This document shows, in pieces, positions 29,598 to 39,923 of a stretch of 64,000 nt of DNA. Every line of letters begins with the position of its first letter. Positions within the stretch are counted from its first letter, which is position 1. The translations under genes and the position numbers were made by a program. The stretch is from Alphaproteobacteria bacterium (lineage in GTDB: Bacteria > Pseudomonadota > Alphaproteobacteria > UBA828), in NCBI GenBank assembly GCA_965237415.1, contig CBDEFM010000002.1, positions 3,744,001 through 3,808,000 of the forward strand, written 5' to 3'. The notes below the pieces were generated by a model, which saw only the letters and a program-made list of their open reading frames with translations, ran no database searches and was not told the DNA's origin.

Positions 29598-31217
29598 TCA
29601 GGCCGCCGCCGGGAAGGCCGGTGCAAGCACGCCGCCCGTGCGGGTCACCTGCTGGCTCATTGCGAGCGCGGGGTCCATGTCGGAAAAATCTTCTCGCTGA
29701 TGGGCGCCCCGGCTTTCGCGCCGCGCGAGTGCGGTTGCGGCGATCGCCTCCGCCACCTCGAGGCCCGCGCGGAGCGTGTACCAGTCGGCGAGCCCGGTGT
29801 CGTAGGCGCCGCAGGCGGGCACCGCGAGGCCGAGAAGCGCCTCGGAACGCATGCGGCGGATCCTCTCCACCGCCCCGTCGAGCCCCGCACCATCGCGGAG
29901 CGGGCCGACCTGCTCCCACATCAGTTGGCGCAGCTCGCGCGAGAGCGCCAGCGCCGACGGCCCCTCGCCCCGTGCCTCTTTCCGCTCCGCAAGCGTGTCG
30001 AGCGCCGGGCGCGCGGCGCCTGCGCGCCCGGCATCGGGTGTGCGCGCGGCGTCGGCCGCGGCATTCCGCCCGGCCCGGTGGCCGAACACGAGGGCCTCGC
30101 CGGCGGCGTAGAGCCCGGGCACGCGTGTCGCGAGCCGCGCATCCACCCCGATGCCGCCCATGTGGTAGTGGGCGATCGGCGCGACCTCCACCGGCGCATC
30201 GGTCAGGTCGATGCCGTTCGCGGCCAAGCGGTCGATCACCGGCCCGAAGGCAGCGCGCAGCGCGGCCTCGCCGACATGGGCGAACGAGAGGTAGGCGCCG
30301 CCGTGGGGCGAGCCCCGCCCGGCCCGGACCTCGTGCCAGATGGCGTGGGTGGCCGTGTAGCGGCCGGCATCGCTGCCGCCATAGCGCGGCAGGAACTCCT
30401 CCATCTCCCCATTCAGCAGCCGCCCGCCCAGCTTGTAGCGGAACGGGTCCCACATGATCGGGTCCATGCCGACGAGGCGGGGGAAGAGATGGCCGATGGG
30501 GAAGAACTGCACGAACTCCATGTCGATCAGCGCAGCACCTGCGGCGAGCGCGAAGGCATGGCCCTCGCCCGCCGTGTTGGCCGAGGCGCTGGAGCGCGCG
30601 TAGAGCCCCGTCAGCCCGCCGGTCGCGACCACCGTCGCCCGCGCCGCCAGCGTGACGGCGCGGCCGGTCTCCATGTCGAAGCCCACCGCGCCTGCGAGCC
30701 GCCCGTCGGCCATCGCCGGGTCGGTGACGACGAGGCCGGAGACGCGCCTGATCGCGTCTGCGCGCGCCACCCGGCGGCGGAGCGTGGCGGCAACCGCCGG
30801 GCCGGTGTTGAGGATGTCCACATAGCAGCAGCGCCGGCGCCGGTGGCCGGGGGCGGTGACCTGGGCAATCCGCCCGCCCTCCCGCGCCCAGCCGACCCTC
30901 CAGGAGTCCATCTCCCGGATCCGCACCGGCCCCTCCTCGCAGAGCAGCGCGGCGAGCCCCGGATCGCAGAGCCCGCGCCCGGCCTCCAGCGTGTCCTCCA
31001 GGTGGTCTTCGGCGCTGTCGGGCTCGGCCTCGCCGAGGGCGGCGGCGACGGTCATCTGCGCCATCACCGTGGCGCCGCCCCGGCCGACCATGTTGCGATC
31101 GGCGAGGACGATCCGGCCTGCCCCCGCCTCGGCCGCGGCGAGCGCCGCATACATGCCGGCGCCACCCGCGCCGATGACGAGCACGTCGGCCGCGATATGG
31201 GCGGGCGCTTGCGTCAT
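29598..31217 (-). CDS. SdhA/FrdA/NadB-family flavoprotein, probably inactivated by in-frame deletions
   Basis: GAGGAG, EFVQF, HYHMGG, RRESRGAH; RD and GANRL motifs absent. Confidence 0.8.
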   Translation of the reverse strand: MTQAPAHIAADVLVIGAGGAGMYAALAAAEAGAGRIVLADRNMVGRGGATVMAQMTVAAALGEAEPDSAEDHLEDTLEAGRGLCDPGLAALLCEEGPVRIREMDSWRVGWAREGGRIAQVTAPGHRRRRCCYVDILNTGPAVAATLRRRVARADAIRRVSGLVVTDPAMADGRLAGAVGFDMETGRAVTLAARATVVATGGLTGLYARSSASANTAGEGHAFALAAGAALIDMEFVQFFPIGHLFPRLVGMDPIMWDPFRYKLGGRLLNGEMEEFLPRYGGSDAGRYTATHAIWHEVRAGRGSPHGGAYLSFAHVGEAALRAAFGPVIDRLAANGIDLTDAPVEVAPIAHYHMGGIGVDARLATRVPGLYAAGEALVFGHRAGRNAAADAARTPDAGRAGAARPALDTLAERKEARGEGPSALALSRELRQLMWEQVGPLRDGAGLDGAVERIRRMRSEALLGLAVPACGAYDTGLADWYTLRAGLEVAEAIAATALARRESRGAHQREDFSDMDPALAMSQQVTRTGGVLAPAFPAAA

Positions 31218-31257
31218 CGCTGCCTTCTGCACCGCTCCTTGGGCCGCCGCGGCCCGA

Positions 31258-32694
31258 TCAGAGCGGCGGGCGGCGCTCGTCCCAGGGGCGGGCGCGCTCA
31301 TAGTCGGCGGCGGCGCGGAACACGCGCACGTCGTCGTAGGTGCGGCCCACGATCTGAATGCCCGTGGGCACGCCCGAGGACGCATAGCCGCTCGGTACCG
31401 CGGCGATGGGGCACTCCGGCACCAGATTGAACGGGTAGCAGAGCTGCCATTGCACGTAGATGTCGCCCGGCCAGTTGGCGACGCTCAGCGTCTTGCCGTT
31501 GATCCGAAAATCCGTGTTCTCGAGGTCGTGGTCGGCCGGCAGCGCCGGTATCGCGTTGGTCGGGCAGACGAGGATGTCGAACTCGTCGAGGATCGGCGCC
31601 AGCGTCTCGTACATTCTGCCGCGCACGGCATTGCACTGATAGAAGCGGCTCAGGCTGTGCTGGGAACCGCGCTCCAGGAGCCGGCGGACGAAGCCCTCCA
31701 TCTCGAATTTCCAGCGGGGATAGAGGTGGCCGGCGGCCGCCCAGAACAGGCCCTCCCAATGGGTGGTCCAGGCGTCGAGCACGGACATGTCCCAGCCGAG
31801 CTCGACCTCCTCGACCGTGCAGCCGAGGCTCCTGAACGCCCCGAGGGCTTCGCGGGTGTTCGCCTGCACCTCCTCGTCGATCTCGTAGTAGCCGAGGTCC
31901 ATGGAGAAGGCGACCTTCCACCCCTCGATGGGTTCGAGCTCGTCCGGGATCTCCAGCTTGGGGCGGATCGAGCAGATGTCGTCCGGGTGCGGCCCCGCCA
32001 TCACGTTCTGCATCAGCGCGCCGTCGGCGACGCTCCGGGTCATGGGCCCGTAGTGCAACAGCGATTCCCTGGGGTACGCGCGGTCGATCGGGTTGCGGCC
32101 GAAGGGCGGCTTGTAGCCGAAATGCCCGCAGCAGGCCGCCGGCATGCGGATCGAGCCGCCGCCGTCGGTGCCGTCCGCAAGCGTGGTCATGCCGGCCGCC
32201 ACCGCCGCCGCAGCCCCGCCCGACGAGCCGCCGGGGCCGAAGTCCAGGTTCCACGGGTTGCGCGTGTTGCCCCACAGATCGCTGCGGCAATGCGGCGCGT
32301 GGGCCATCTCCGGCGTGGTCGTCCGCGCATGCATGATCGCGCCCGCCTCCAGCAGCCGCGCCACGGTCGGCACCGAGCGATCTGGGACATGGTTTTCGAA
32401 CATGCGCGAGCCGAAGGTCGTGATCTCTCCTTCCACCGGGTGAAAGTCCTTGATGACGATGGGAACGCCTTCGAGGGGGCGCGTCTCGGCGCCGGACGCA
32501 TAGAGCGCCTCGGCCTCCTTCGCCTGCTCCAGCGCGCGCTCGTAGAAGGTATAGGTGTAGGCGTTGACCGCGGGATTGACCGCCTCCGAGCGGGCGATCA
32601 CGGCGGACATGAGCTCGACCGGCGAGAGCTCGCCCGACCTGAACTTGGCGAGGGCCTCTGTTGCGGTGGTGTAGCAGAGATCGTCCGACGCCAT
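31258..32694 (-). CDS. Amidase-signature enzyme
   Basis: IKD, GGSSGG, GTDGGGSIR. Confidence 0.93.
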   Translation of the reverse strand: MASDDLCYTTATEALAKFRSGELSPVELMSAVIARSEAVNPAVNAYTYTFYERALEQAKEAEALYASGAETRPLEGVPIVIKDFHPVEGEITTFGSRMFENHVPDRSVPTVARLLEAGAIMHARTTTPEMAHAPHCRSDLWGNTRNPWNLDFGPGGSSGGAAAAVAAGMTTLADGTDGGGSIRMPAACCGHFGYKPPFGRNPIDRAYPRESLLHYGPMTRSVADGALMQNVMAGPHPDDICSIRPKLEIPDELEPIEGWKVAFSMDLGYYEIDEEVQANTREALGAFRSLGCTVEEVELGWDMSVLDAWTTHWEGLFWAAAGHLYPRWKFEMEGFVRRLLERGSQHSLSRFYQCNAVRGRMYETLAPILDEFDILVCPTNAIPALPADHDLENTDFRINGKTLSVANWPGDIYVQWQLCYPFNLVPECPIAAVPSGYASSGVPTGIQIVGRTYDDVRVFRAAADYERARPWDERRPPL

Positions 32695-33011
32695 GATATC
32701 CTCCCCCGATTGCCTTTTGCGTTAGACGAACAGGAATTCCAGCGAAGGACAATGGCCGAAATGGAGTGGGCCCCTTGGGTCGGACAGGTGGCAGACACGT
32801 GACCGGCAGCGCGGGCCTGCTACCGTCGCGGCAGGCCGCGTGAGAAAGAGTGGACGGCTGCTTGTGCGGGAAGGAGTCGTCACTGAGCGGCGCGTGCGAT
32901 AGTTCCGGCCACCACACGAGCAGCGAATTGCTGACGCTGAAGCGATCGATTGACAACCCCGCCCTGCGGGGCGACTGATCCATCGGACCGCACGACAGAG
33001 AAGATCCCCAC

Positions 33012-33878
33012 ATGCCTGCACCCAGCATTCGCCCCCGCCGGTCGTTCATCTTCACACCGGGCTTGCGGCCCGAGATGTTTCCGAAAGCCCTGGCGACCGG
33101 GGCGGATATCGTCTGTGTCGAGCTCGAGGACGGGATCGCGCCCAAGGACAAGGCGGCGGCGCGGGCCAATGCGATGAAGCTCTTCGAGAGCCCGCAGGCC
33201 GATGACGGGGTCGAGCGGATCGTCCGCATCAACTCGCTGCGTGAAGGCTTCGGCATTGCGGATGTGCAGGCGGTCCTGACCGCCGACACACCCCCGCCCG
33301 CGCTGATGATGCCCAAGGTGCGCACGCCGGACGAGGTGGTGATCCTCGACAACCTGCTGACGGAGTGTGGCCACGACACCCGCCTCCATGTGATCATCGA
33401 GACCAATGCGGGGCTCGAGGCTGCCCATGACATCGCCCGTTGCAGCCCGCGCATCGACGCGATGTTCTTCGGCGGCGTCGACATGGCCGCCGAGCTGCGC
33501 TGCCGGAACGAATGGGAGCCGCTGCTCTATGCCCGCTCGCGCGTGGTCCACGCCGCGGCCAGCGCCGGGCTGGACGTGATCGACGTGCCTTACCTCGATC
33601 TCGAGGACCTGGACGGCATGAAGCGCGCCGCGATCCAGGCGCGCGATCTGGGCTTTTCCGGGAAGGGCGCGGTGCACCCCAAACAAATCGAAGCACTCAA
33701 TGCGGTGTTCACACCTTCGGCCGACCGGATTGCCCGAGCGCGGCGCATCATCGCCGAATTCGAGGCAGCCGATACCGGGCTGGTGGTCATCGACGGCAAG
33801 CTCATCGAGAAACCGGTTCTACGCGAGATGCACCGGATCGTGGCCATCGCCGCCCGCATCGGCGCCGAGCACGCGTGA
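33012..33878 (+). CDS. CitE/HpcH-family acyl-CoA lyase
   Basis: RRSFIF, LEDG, IET, GKGAVHPKQI. Confidence 0.9.
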   Translation: MPAPSIRPRRSFIFTPGLRPEMFPKALATGADIVCVELEDGIAPKDKAAARANAMKLFESPQADDGVERIVRINSLREGFGIADVQAVLTADTPPPALMMPKVRTPDEVVILDNLLTECGHDTRLHVIIETNAGLEAAHDIARCSPRIDAMFFGGVDMAAELRCRNEWEPLLYARSRVVHAAASAGLDVIDVPYLDLEDLDGMKRAAIQARDLGFSGKGAVHPKQIEALNAVFTPSADRIARARRIIAEFEAADTGLVVIDGKLIEKPVLREMHRIVAIAARIGAEHA

Positions 33879-34029
33879 GTGCAAACAACGGATTGGACGT
33901 GGAACTTGCCTGAGATCGAGGCGAGGCGGAGCCGAAGCCCGGCCTGTATTCCAGGCGCATCTGACCGGCTATAACGAGGTGCACCGCGTAAGGGGCGATG
34001 CGGCCCCCGACTGGGGCGGTGACGCCGCC

Positions 34030-34127
34030 GAGCCGCCCTCCGGCTGCCGCTCCCATCCGCGCTGCCTGCGGGCAGAGGCGATCTGCCGCACGGAGAAGCC
34101 GGCCTTTCGCGCTCGCGCCCGGCCACC
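34030..34127 (+). pseudogene. Peptide ABC ATPase C-terminal remnant
   Basis: PPSGCRSHPRC...IC. Confidence 0.55.
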
Positions 34128-34575
34128 TAGAGCATGTTCCGCTCCGACACGGTCGTATCCTGCAGCGGCGAAGTAGTTTTGGCACTCGGCCGGGCTGAAG
34201 ATGTCTATGGCGTGGCCGATGGCCTCCCAGAGTTCGGTGACGGTGCGGGCGGCGCGGCGCTTGAGATCGGCCTTGAACTTTGAGAAGGCCATCTCGATTG
34301 GGTTGAGATCGGGGCTGTCGGGCGGCGGGAAGCGCAGCTCGGCCCCGGCCCGGTGAATGGCCTCGCAGACGGCGGCGCTGCGGTGGGCGGGAAGGTTGTC
34401 CATTACCACGATGTCGCCGAGCTTGAGCGTTGGCACCTGCACCTTGTCTACGTAGGCGAGGAAGGCGGCTCCATGCATGGCGCCATCGAGCACCATGGGG
34501 GCGGTCGCTCCGCTCAACCTCAGTGCGCCGAGGAAGGTGGTGGTCTTCCGGTGTCCATAGGGCACAGGCGCGTGT
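34128..34575 (-). mobile_element. IS630-family remnant (different from 11566)
   Basis: VVMDNLPAH, SPDLNPIEMAFSK; end CTAGAGCATG. Confidence 0.85.
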
Positions 34576-34716
34576 CTGTGATGGCCGTGCAGAGCCGGCT
34601 TCGCGGCCACGTGCGCGTCTGTGATATCCTGCGTTCAGACCGTGGGGAGTCCACGCGGGAATCGCCGTCTGGGCCGGCCGCGGCAAACTCGAACCTAGGC
34701 AAGGGAGGCTTTGGCG

Positions 34717-35922
34717 ATGCGGACGAGCAAACATCTTTATCTCCACCTTTCGCGGCGCAACTTCATAAAGTGCGCTGCCGCGGGGACGGCTATCGTCGGC
34801 GCGCCCGCCATTCTCAAAGGGCTCACCCGCCGCGCGAAGGCCGCGGACGACGACACAATCCGGCTCCTCATCACCGGCCCCACCCTCATCCCCGGCGATT
34901 GGAGCGCGTTCGAGCGGGAAACCGGATTCAAGATGGAAGACACCGTGATCAAGGACGATCCCGGCATATTCCTTACCGAGATCCTGGTGAACGACGGCGG
35001 TGACCGGTTCGACATCATCGCCGCGCTCACGGGCGCCGAGCAGGAGTTGATCGACGGCGACGCGATCAAAGCGATTGAGACCGCGAACGTCTCGAACTGG
35101 GCCGACATTCCCGAAAGCATCACTCAAATGCCGTATCTCCAGCGCGATCTCGCGCCGGAAGGAGGTCGCGTGTGGGGCGTTCCGCTGGCGATGAACGCCG
35201 ACAGCTTCGGCTATCTGCCGGAGAAGTTGAACGAGCCGCGCCCGCCGGAGGAAGCCTCCTGGTCGCTGGTTTACGAGAGCGAGAAGACCCTGGGCCGCTC
35301 GTCCACCGGCGACAACTACATCTACCTCTGGGAAGCGCTCGCTTATCTCAAGAATTCCGGCCAGCTCGAGGTCAAGGACATCCTCGACCCGTCGCCGGAG
35401 GAATCTGCGGCGACCGCGGACTTCCTGATCGAGCGTAAGCAGGCCGGTCAGTTCCGCAACTTCTGGAAGATCTTCGACGACCAGGTCTCCGACATGAAGA
35501 ACGGCGAGGTCGACGCCATTCGCTGCTGGGAGCCGGCGGTTCGCGAGGCTAACAAGGCGGGCGGCGACTGGGTCTACGCCACCGCCAAGGAGTTCTATAC
35601 CAAGTGGATGCATGCCTGCTACATCCCGACCCAGGTTCACGACCGCGGTAATCTCGAGCAGGTTCACACGGCGCTCAATTGGATCCTGAGCGGCAGCTAC
35701 GCTGCGGGGATCACGCCGTTGCGCGGCTACGTCACGGGTCGGCCCGACCTCGCCAAGGACTACGCGGCCGAGCATGGGCTCGGGGACAATGTCGGGGTTG
35801 CGATCGACGAGGCCCTGGCCAAGGTCAGGCTCAAGTTCGCCAAGGAGGATTTCTGGTTTAGCGCCGTGCCGTCGAACCTGCAGGAGATGCAGGCGCAAAT
35901 GGACCGCGTGCTCAACGCATAG
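34717..35922 (+). CDS. Orphan Tat-exported PotD-like substrate-binding protein
   Basis: SRRNFI, WGVP; no permease alongside. Confidence 0.82.
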   Translation: MRTSKHLYLHLSRRNFIKCAAAGTAIVGAPAILKGLTRRAKAADDDTIRLLITGPTLIPGDWSAFERETGFKMEDTVIKDDPGIFLTEILVNDGGDRFDIIAALTGAEQELIDGDAIKAIETANVSNWADIPESITQMPYLQRDLAPEGGRVWGVPLAMNADSFGYLPEKLNEPRPPEEASWSLVYESEKTLGRSSTGDNYIYLWEALAYLKNSGQLEVKDILDPSPEESAATADFLIERKQAGQFRNFWKIFDDQVSDMKNGEVDAIRCWEPAVREANKAGGDWVYATAKEFYTKWMHACYIPTQVHDRGNLEQVHTALNWILSGSYAAGITPLRGYVTGRPDLAKDYAAEHGLGDNVGVAIDEALAKVRLKFAKEDFWFSAVPSNLQEMQAQMDRVLNA

Positions 35923-36065
35923 CGCTCCCGGCCGAATTTCAAGGGCGCTGCTCTCGTATTGCTGGCGTAGAGCGGCGTCCTTCGGCCGCGGGCATTGGCT
36001 GATCTATTCGAGCGAACGCAGTTGTTGTCCACCGCATTTGAAGGGACCCGTATGGGGGATCCCGG

Positions 36066-36836
36066 ATGAGATTGGCTGGCAAGAGCGCCCTCATAACCGG
36101 CGCCGCCTCGGGCATCGGCCGCGAGACCGCGCAACGCTTCGCCGAAGAGGGGGCAGCGGTCGTTTGCGTCGACCTCGACGGCGCGGGCGCCGCGCGCGTT
36201 GCCCACGCGATCGGCGGGAAAGGCGGCACGGCGCTCTCGGTGCCCGCAGACCTCACCGACGCGGACGAGGTCCGGGGGATGGCCGACGAGGCGTTGTCGG
36301 CACGGGGTGCGATCGACATCCTCGTGAACAACGCCGGCGTCTCCATCTTGGGCGGCGTCGCGGAGCTCACCGAGGCCGATTGGCAGCACGAGATCGACAC
36401 CAACCTAGCCAGCGTGTATCGGGTCTCCAAAGCGCTCTGGCCGCATTTCGTTGCGGCCGGCGGCGGCGCCATTCTGAGCACGGCGTCGATCGCCGGCGCG
36501 ACCGCGGTAACGCAGGGAGCCGCCTATGTCGCCTCGAAGGCGGGGCTGATCATGTTGACCCGGTGCATGGCGCTCGACGGGGCGGATTCGGGCATCCGCG
36601 CGAATTGCATCTGCCCGGGCTGGGTCGACACCCCACTGTTCGACGGCTTCCTGGCCCAGCAGCCGGAGCCCGAGACCGCCCGCGAGCGCGCCGCACGCCG
36701 CACCCCGCTCGGCCGTATCGGGACGCCGCGCGACATCGCCGACGGCTTCGTTTACCTCGCTTCCGACGAGGCCTCGTGGATTACCGGCACCGCGCTGGTA
36801 ATCGACGGCGGTCTCACCGCCGGCCTCGCGCCCTAG
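36066..36836 (+). CDS. SDR oxidoreductase
   Basis: TGAASGIG, NNAG, YVASK. Confidence 0.92.
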   Translation: MRLAGKSALITGAASGIGRETAQRFAEEGAAVVCVDLDGAGAARVAHAIGGKGGTALSVPADLTDADEVRGMADEALSARGAIDILVNNAGVSILGGVAELTEADWQHEIDTNLASVYRVSKALWPHFVAAGGGAILSTASIAGATAVTQGAAYVASKAGLIMLTRCMALDGADSGIRANCICPGWVDTPLFDGFLAQQPEPETARERAARRTPLGRIGTPRDIADGFVYLASDEASWITGTALVIDGGLTAGLAP

Positions 36837-36935
36837 TGGTGCGCGGCCGATCGCCATGATCCGACCGTCGACACAGCACCAGCGCGGGGGGACCGATACC
36901 ATGTGGGTTGATCGTAACCTGTGGGAGGTGGGGCG

Positions 36936-38753
36936 GTGAACGCACCTGGCACCGCGGCTCGGGTGCGTGACCCGTTCGGCTTCGAGCTGTTCAAGAACGC
37001 AGTCTTCGCGATTGCCGACGAGATGGCGCTGACGGTCTGCCGCACGACCTATTCGGCCGTGCTGCGCGACAACATGGACTTCTCGACTGCGTTGACCGAC
37101 GGCGAGGGCAGGCTAATCGCCCAGGGGCTCACTCTGCCCGCCCATCTCGGCTCGATTCCAACGGCGATCCTTTCGGTTCTGCGCCATTTCGGCGACGACA
37201 TGCACCCCGGCGACGTCTTCATTATGAACGATCCGTTCGATGGCGGCATGCACCTGCCGGACATCTTCGTGTTCAAGCCCCTCTTTCACGAGAGCAGCCG
37301 CATCGCCTTCGCCGCCACGGTCTGCCATCACGCCGATGTCGGTGGTCGTGTTCCCGGGTCCAACGCGTCTGACTCGACCGAGATTTATCAGGAGGGGGTC
37401 CGGATCCCGCCACTTCGGATGTATGAAAGAGGAAAGCGGAATGAAACGCTATTCGCGTTACTAGAAAAGAATGTACGCCTTCCCGTTAAACTGTTCGGCG
37501 ACCTGCGCGCTCAGCTCGCCGCCTGCCACATTGCGGAGCGACAGTTTCTGGAGTTGGTCGACCGGCATGGCGCCACAAGTGCACGAGAATATCTCCATGA
37601 GATTATAGATTACGCCGAGCGCCTTACGAGAGCCGCGCTACTCGACCTACCCGACGGCGAGGCGAGCTTCGAGGACTGGATCGACGACGACGGCGTCGAG
37701 CGCGACAAGCCGATCCGGCTCTTCGTGACCCTGCGCAAGACGGGCGACAGTCTTCACGCCGACTGGACGGGCAGCGCCCAACAGGTAAAGGGAGCAATCA
37801 ACAGCACCCTTTCCTGGACGAAGGCAGCAACCTACACCGCTATTCGTTCGGTGCTGCCACCGGGGATTCCGAATAACGAGGGCGTCTTCCGCGCCATCAC
37901 CGTCTCGGCGCCCGCCGGCACCATCACCAACGCGGTGCTGCCCGCGGCCTGCGCGGCGCGCGGCCTGACCGGATTTCGCATGGTTGACTGCGCTTTCGGC
38001 GCGCTCGCGATGATGCTGCCGGACAAGGTGTTCGCTGCCTCCGACGGTGGCGTCACCGGGATCACCTACGGCGGATACGACAATGCCCGCAATCCGTTCA
38101 TCTATGTCGACTTCACCGGCGGCACCTGGGGCGCGCGGCCCTGGGCCGACGGCCTCGAAGGTAACTCCAACATCTTCGCGAACTTAGCCTCGCAATCGGT
38201 CGAGGCCACTGAGGCCGAATACCCCTTGCAGATCCTTTCCTACGAGTTCGTGGCCGACCGCGCCGGCGCCGGAACCTACCGCGGCGGCGCGCCGTTCCGA
38301 CGCGAATACCGCTTCCTCGAGGAGGAGGGCCTGCTTCAGGTGCGCTCGGACCGGCGTACATTCCGGCCCTATGGGCTCTATGGGGGGAAGCCCGGCCAGC
38401 CGTCGCGCAACGTGATGAACCCGGGCCCAGACGAGCGCCCCCTGCCGAGCAAGCTGACCGAGACGATCAAGCGCGGCGAGGTGTTCCGCCACGAGCTCGC
38501 CGGCGCGGGCGGCTGGGGCGATCCGCTGGAGCGCGACCCGGAAGCCGTGCTCCGCGACCTACGCAACGAGCTTATCGGCGGGGATGCCGCGCGGGACGAC
38601 TATGGGGTGGTGATCGATACCGCATGTTGGCGGGTCGATCACGCTGCGACCAAGGAACGTCGGGCCGCACTCAGAGCGGCACGCGGCTGGGCAGAGACTC
38701 CGGTGGTGTTGTTCGACGACCAACCGGACACAACGGCCAAGGCCCGGCCATGA
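36936..38753 (+). CDS. Hydantoinase B/oxoprolinase-family subunit
   Basis: NDPFDGGMHLPD, EIYQEG, GGWGDP. Confidence 0.92.
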   Translation: MNAPGTAARVRDPFGFELFKNAVFAIADEMALTVCRTTYSAVLRDNMDFSTALTDGEGRLIAQGLTLPAHLGSIPTAILSVLRHFGDDMHPGDVFIMNDPFDGGMHLPDIFVFKPLFHESSRIAFAATVCHHADVGGRVPGSNASDSTEIYQEGVRIPPLRMYERGKRNETLFALLEKNVRLPVKLFGDLRAQLAACHIAERQFLELVDRHGATSAREYLHEIIDYAERLTRAALLDLPDGEASFEDWIDDDGVERDKPIRLFVTLRKTGDSLHADWTGSAQQVKGAINSTLSWTKAATYTAIRSVLPPGIPNNEGVFRAITVSAPAGTITNAVLPAACAARGLTGFRMVDCAFGALAMMLPDKVFAASDGGVTGITYGGYDNARNPFIYVDFTGGTWGARPWADGLEGNSNIFANLASQSVEATEAEYPLQILSYEFVADRAGAGTYRGGAPFRREYRFLEEEGLLQVRSDRRTFRPYGLYGGKPGQPSRNVMNPGPDERPLPSKLTETIKRGEVFRHELAGAGGWGDPLERDPEAVLRDLRNELIGGDAARDDYGVVIDTACWRVDHAATKERRAALRAARGWAETPVVLFDDQPDTTAKARP

Positions 38754-38860
38754 CCGCCTGTCCCGTTGGCGTCGATATTGGCGGGACGTTCGCCGACATC
38801 GTGCTGCTCGCCGGCGACGGCACGCTCATCACCAGGAAGGTCTAGTCCAGCGTCGATATG
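38750..38860 (+). pseudogene. Hydantoinase A N-terminal stub
   Basis: VGVDIGGTFADIV...TRKV*SSVD; remainder missing. Confidence 0.85.
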
Positions 38861-38967
38861 CCGTTGAGCCATAGGGGTGCGATTTACTCTCCTTGCAACC
38901 CCTCAAATTCAGCCGAAATTTCGGCCTCATTCGGCCCGGCGCAAGAGGCCGGCGCGGCTCTATGCCG

Positions 38968-39876
38968 CTACTCGGCGGCCAAACCTATGGGGCGAACGGT
39001 CTCGACTTCGCCCGGTGACGCGAGCTTCGCGCCCTGCGGCAGAACGGGCGGCTCGGCCGTCAGCGGCGCGTACAGATCAGGGCGCCGTTCGCGGAACATC
39101 AGCCACTGGCGCCTGAGCAGAAGGGCCTCGGCGATATCGACGGTGCCGACAATAAAATCCTCCTCGTCGAACTTCGCCTCATCCGTCACCATGCCGGATG
39201 CGTTGACGATCTTCGATCCGCCGAAGAACGAAAAATCCTTCTGTGTGCCCACTACGTTGCAGTAGACCGAGGGGAACAGGTTCTCCAGCGAGCGCGCCTG
39301 CAGAATGATCTTCCAGGTGTCCTTGGCGACGCTGGGGCCCGCCGAGATCACGAGATTGACCAGCGAGCCCATCACCGCATAGGTGCGCGTGAGCTCCGGG
39401 AAGCACGCGTCGTAGCAAATTTGCAGGCTGACCCGGCCGAACCGGGTGTCGAAGACCGGCGTGCGCTGCCCCGGCGCAAAATAGACGCCCTCGGTGTAGG
39501 GATGGAACGTGCCCAGGTGGATCTTGTCGTAGTACTCGACCATCCCTTCCGGACCGATGAAACAGAGCGAATTGTAGACGAGGTGGGGGTAGTCCTCTTC
39601 GAGGCGCGCCATGCCCATCACGATGTAGATGTCGTGCTTGCGCGCTTCGGCTAGCAGGCGTTCGGTGGCAGGACCTGGGATCGGCTCAGCGGTCGTCGCG
39701 TTCAACTCGTCGGCACGGTAGCCCTGAAGGTAAAGTTCGGGGAACATGACGAGGTCGGCGCCCTGCCCGGCGGCCTCGGCGATATAGGGCATCGCCCGCT
39801 CCAGATTGGCACTGGAATCACCGAGTACGGAATTGAGCTGGGCCAGTCCCACCTTGAAGCGATCCACGCGGCTCAT
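38968..39876 (-). CDS. Nitrilase-superfamily C-N hydrolase
   Basis: FPE, YDKIHL, ICYD catalytic triad. Confidence 0.92.
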   Translation of the reverse strand: MSRVDRFKVGLAQLNSVLGDSSANLERAMPYIAEAAGQGADLVMFPELYLQGYRADELNATTAEPIPGPATERLLAEARKHDIYIVMGMARLEEDYPHLVYNSLCFIGPEGMVEYYDKIHLGTFHPYTEGVYFAPGQRTPVFDTRFGRVSLQICYDACFPELTRTYAVMGSLVNLVISAGPSVAKDTWKIILQARSLENLFPSVYCNVVGTQKDFSFFGGSKIVNASGMVTDEAKFDEEDFIVGTVDIAEALLLRRQWLMFRERRPDLYAPLTAEPPVLPQGAKLASPGEVETVRPIGLAAE

Positions 39877-39923
39877 GACGCGTACTCCTGTCTGGACGGC
39901 ATCCTATCGTAACGAGTCGTCGT

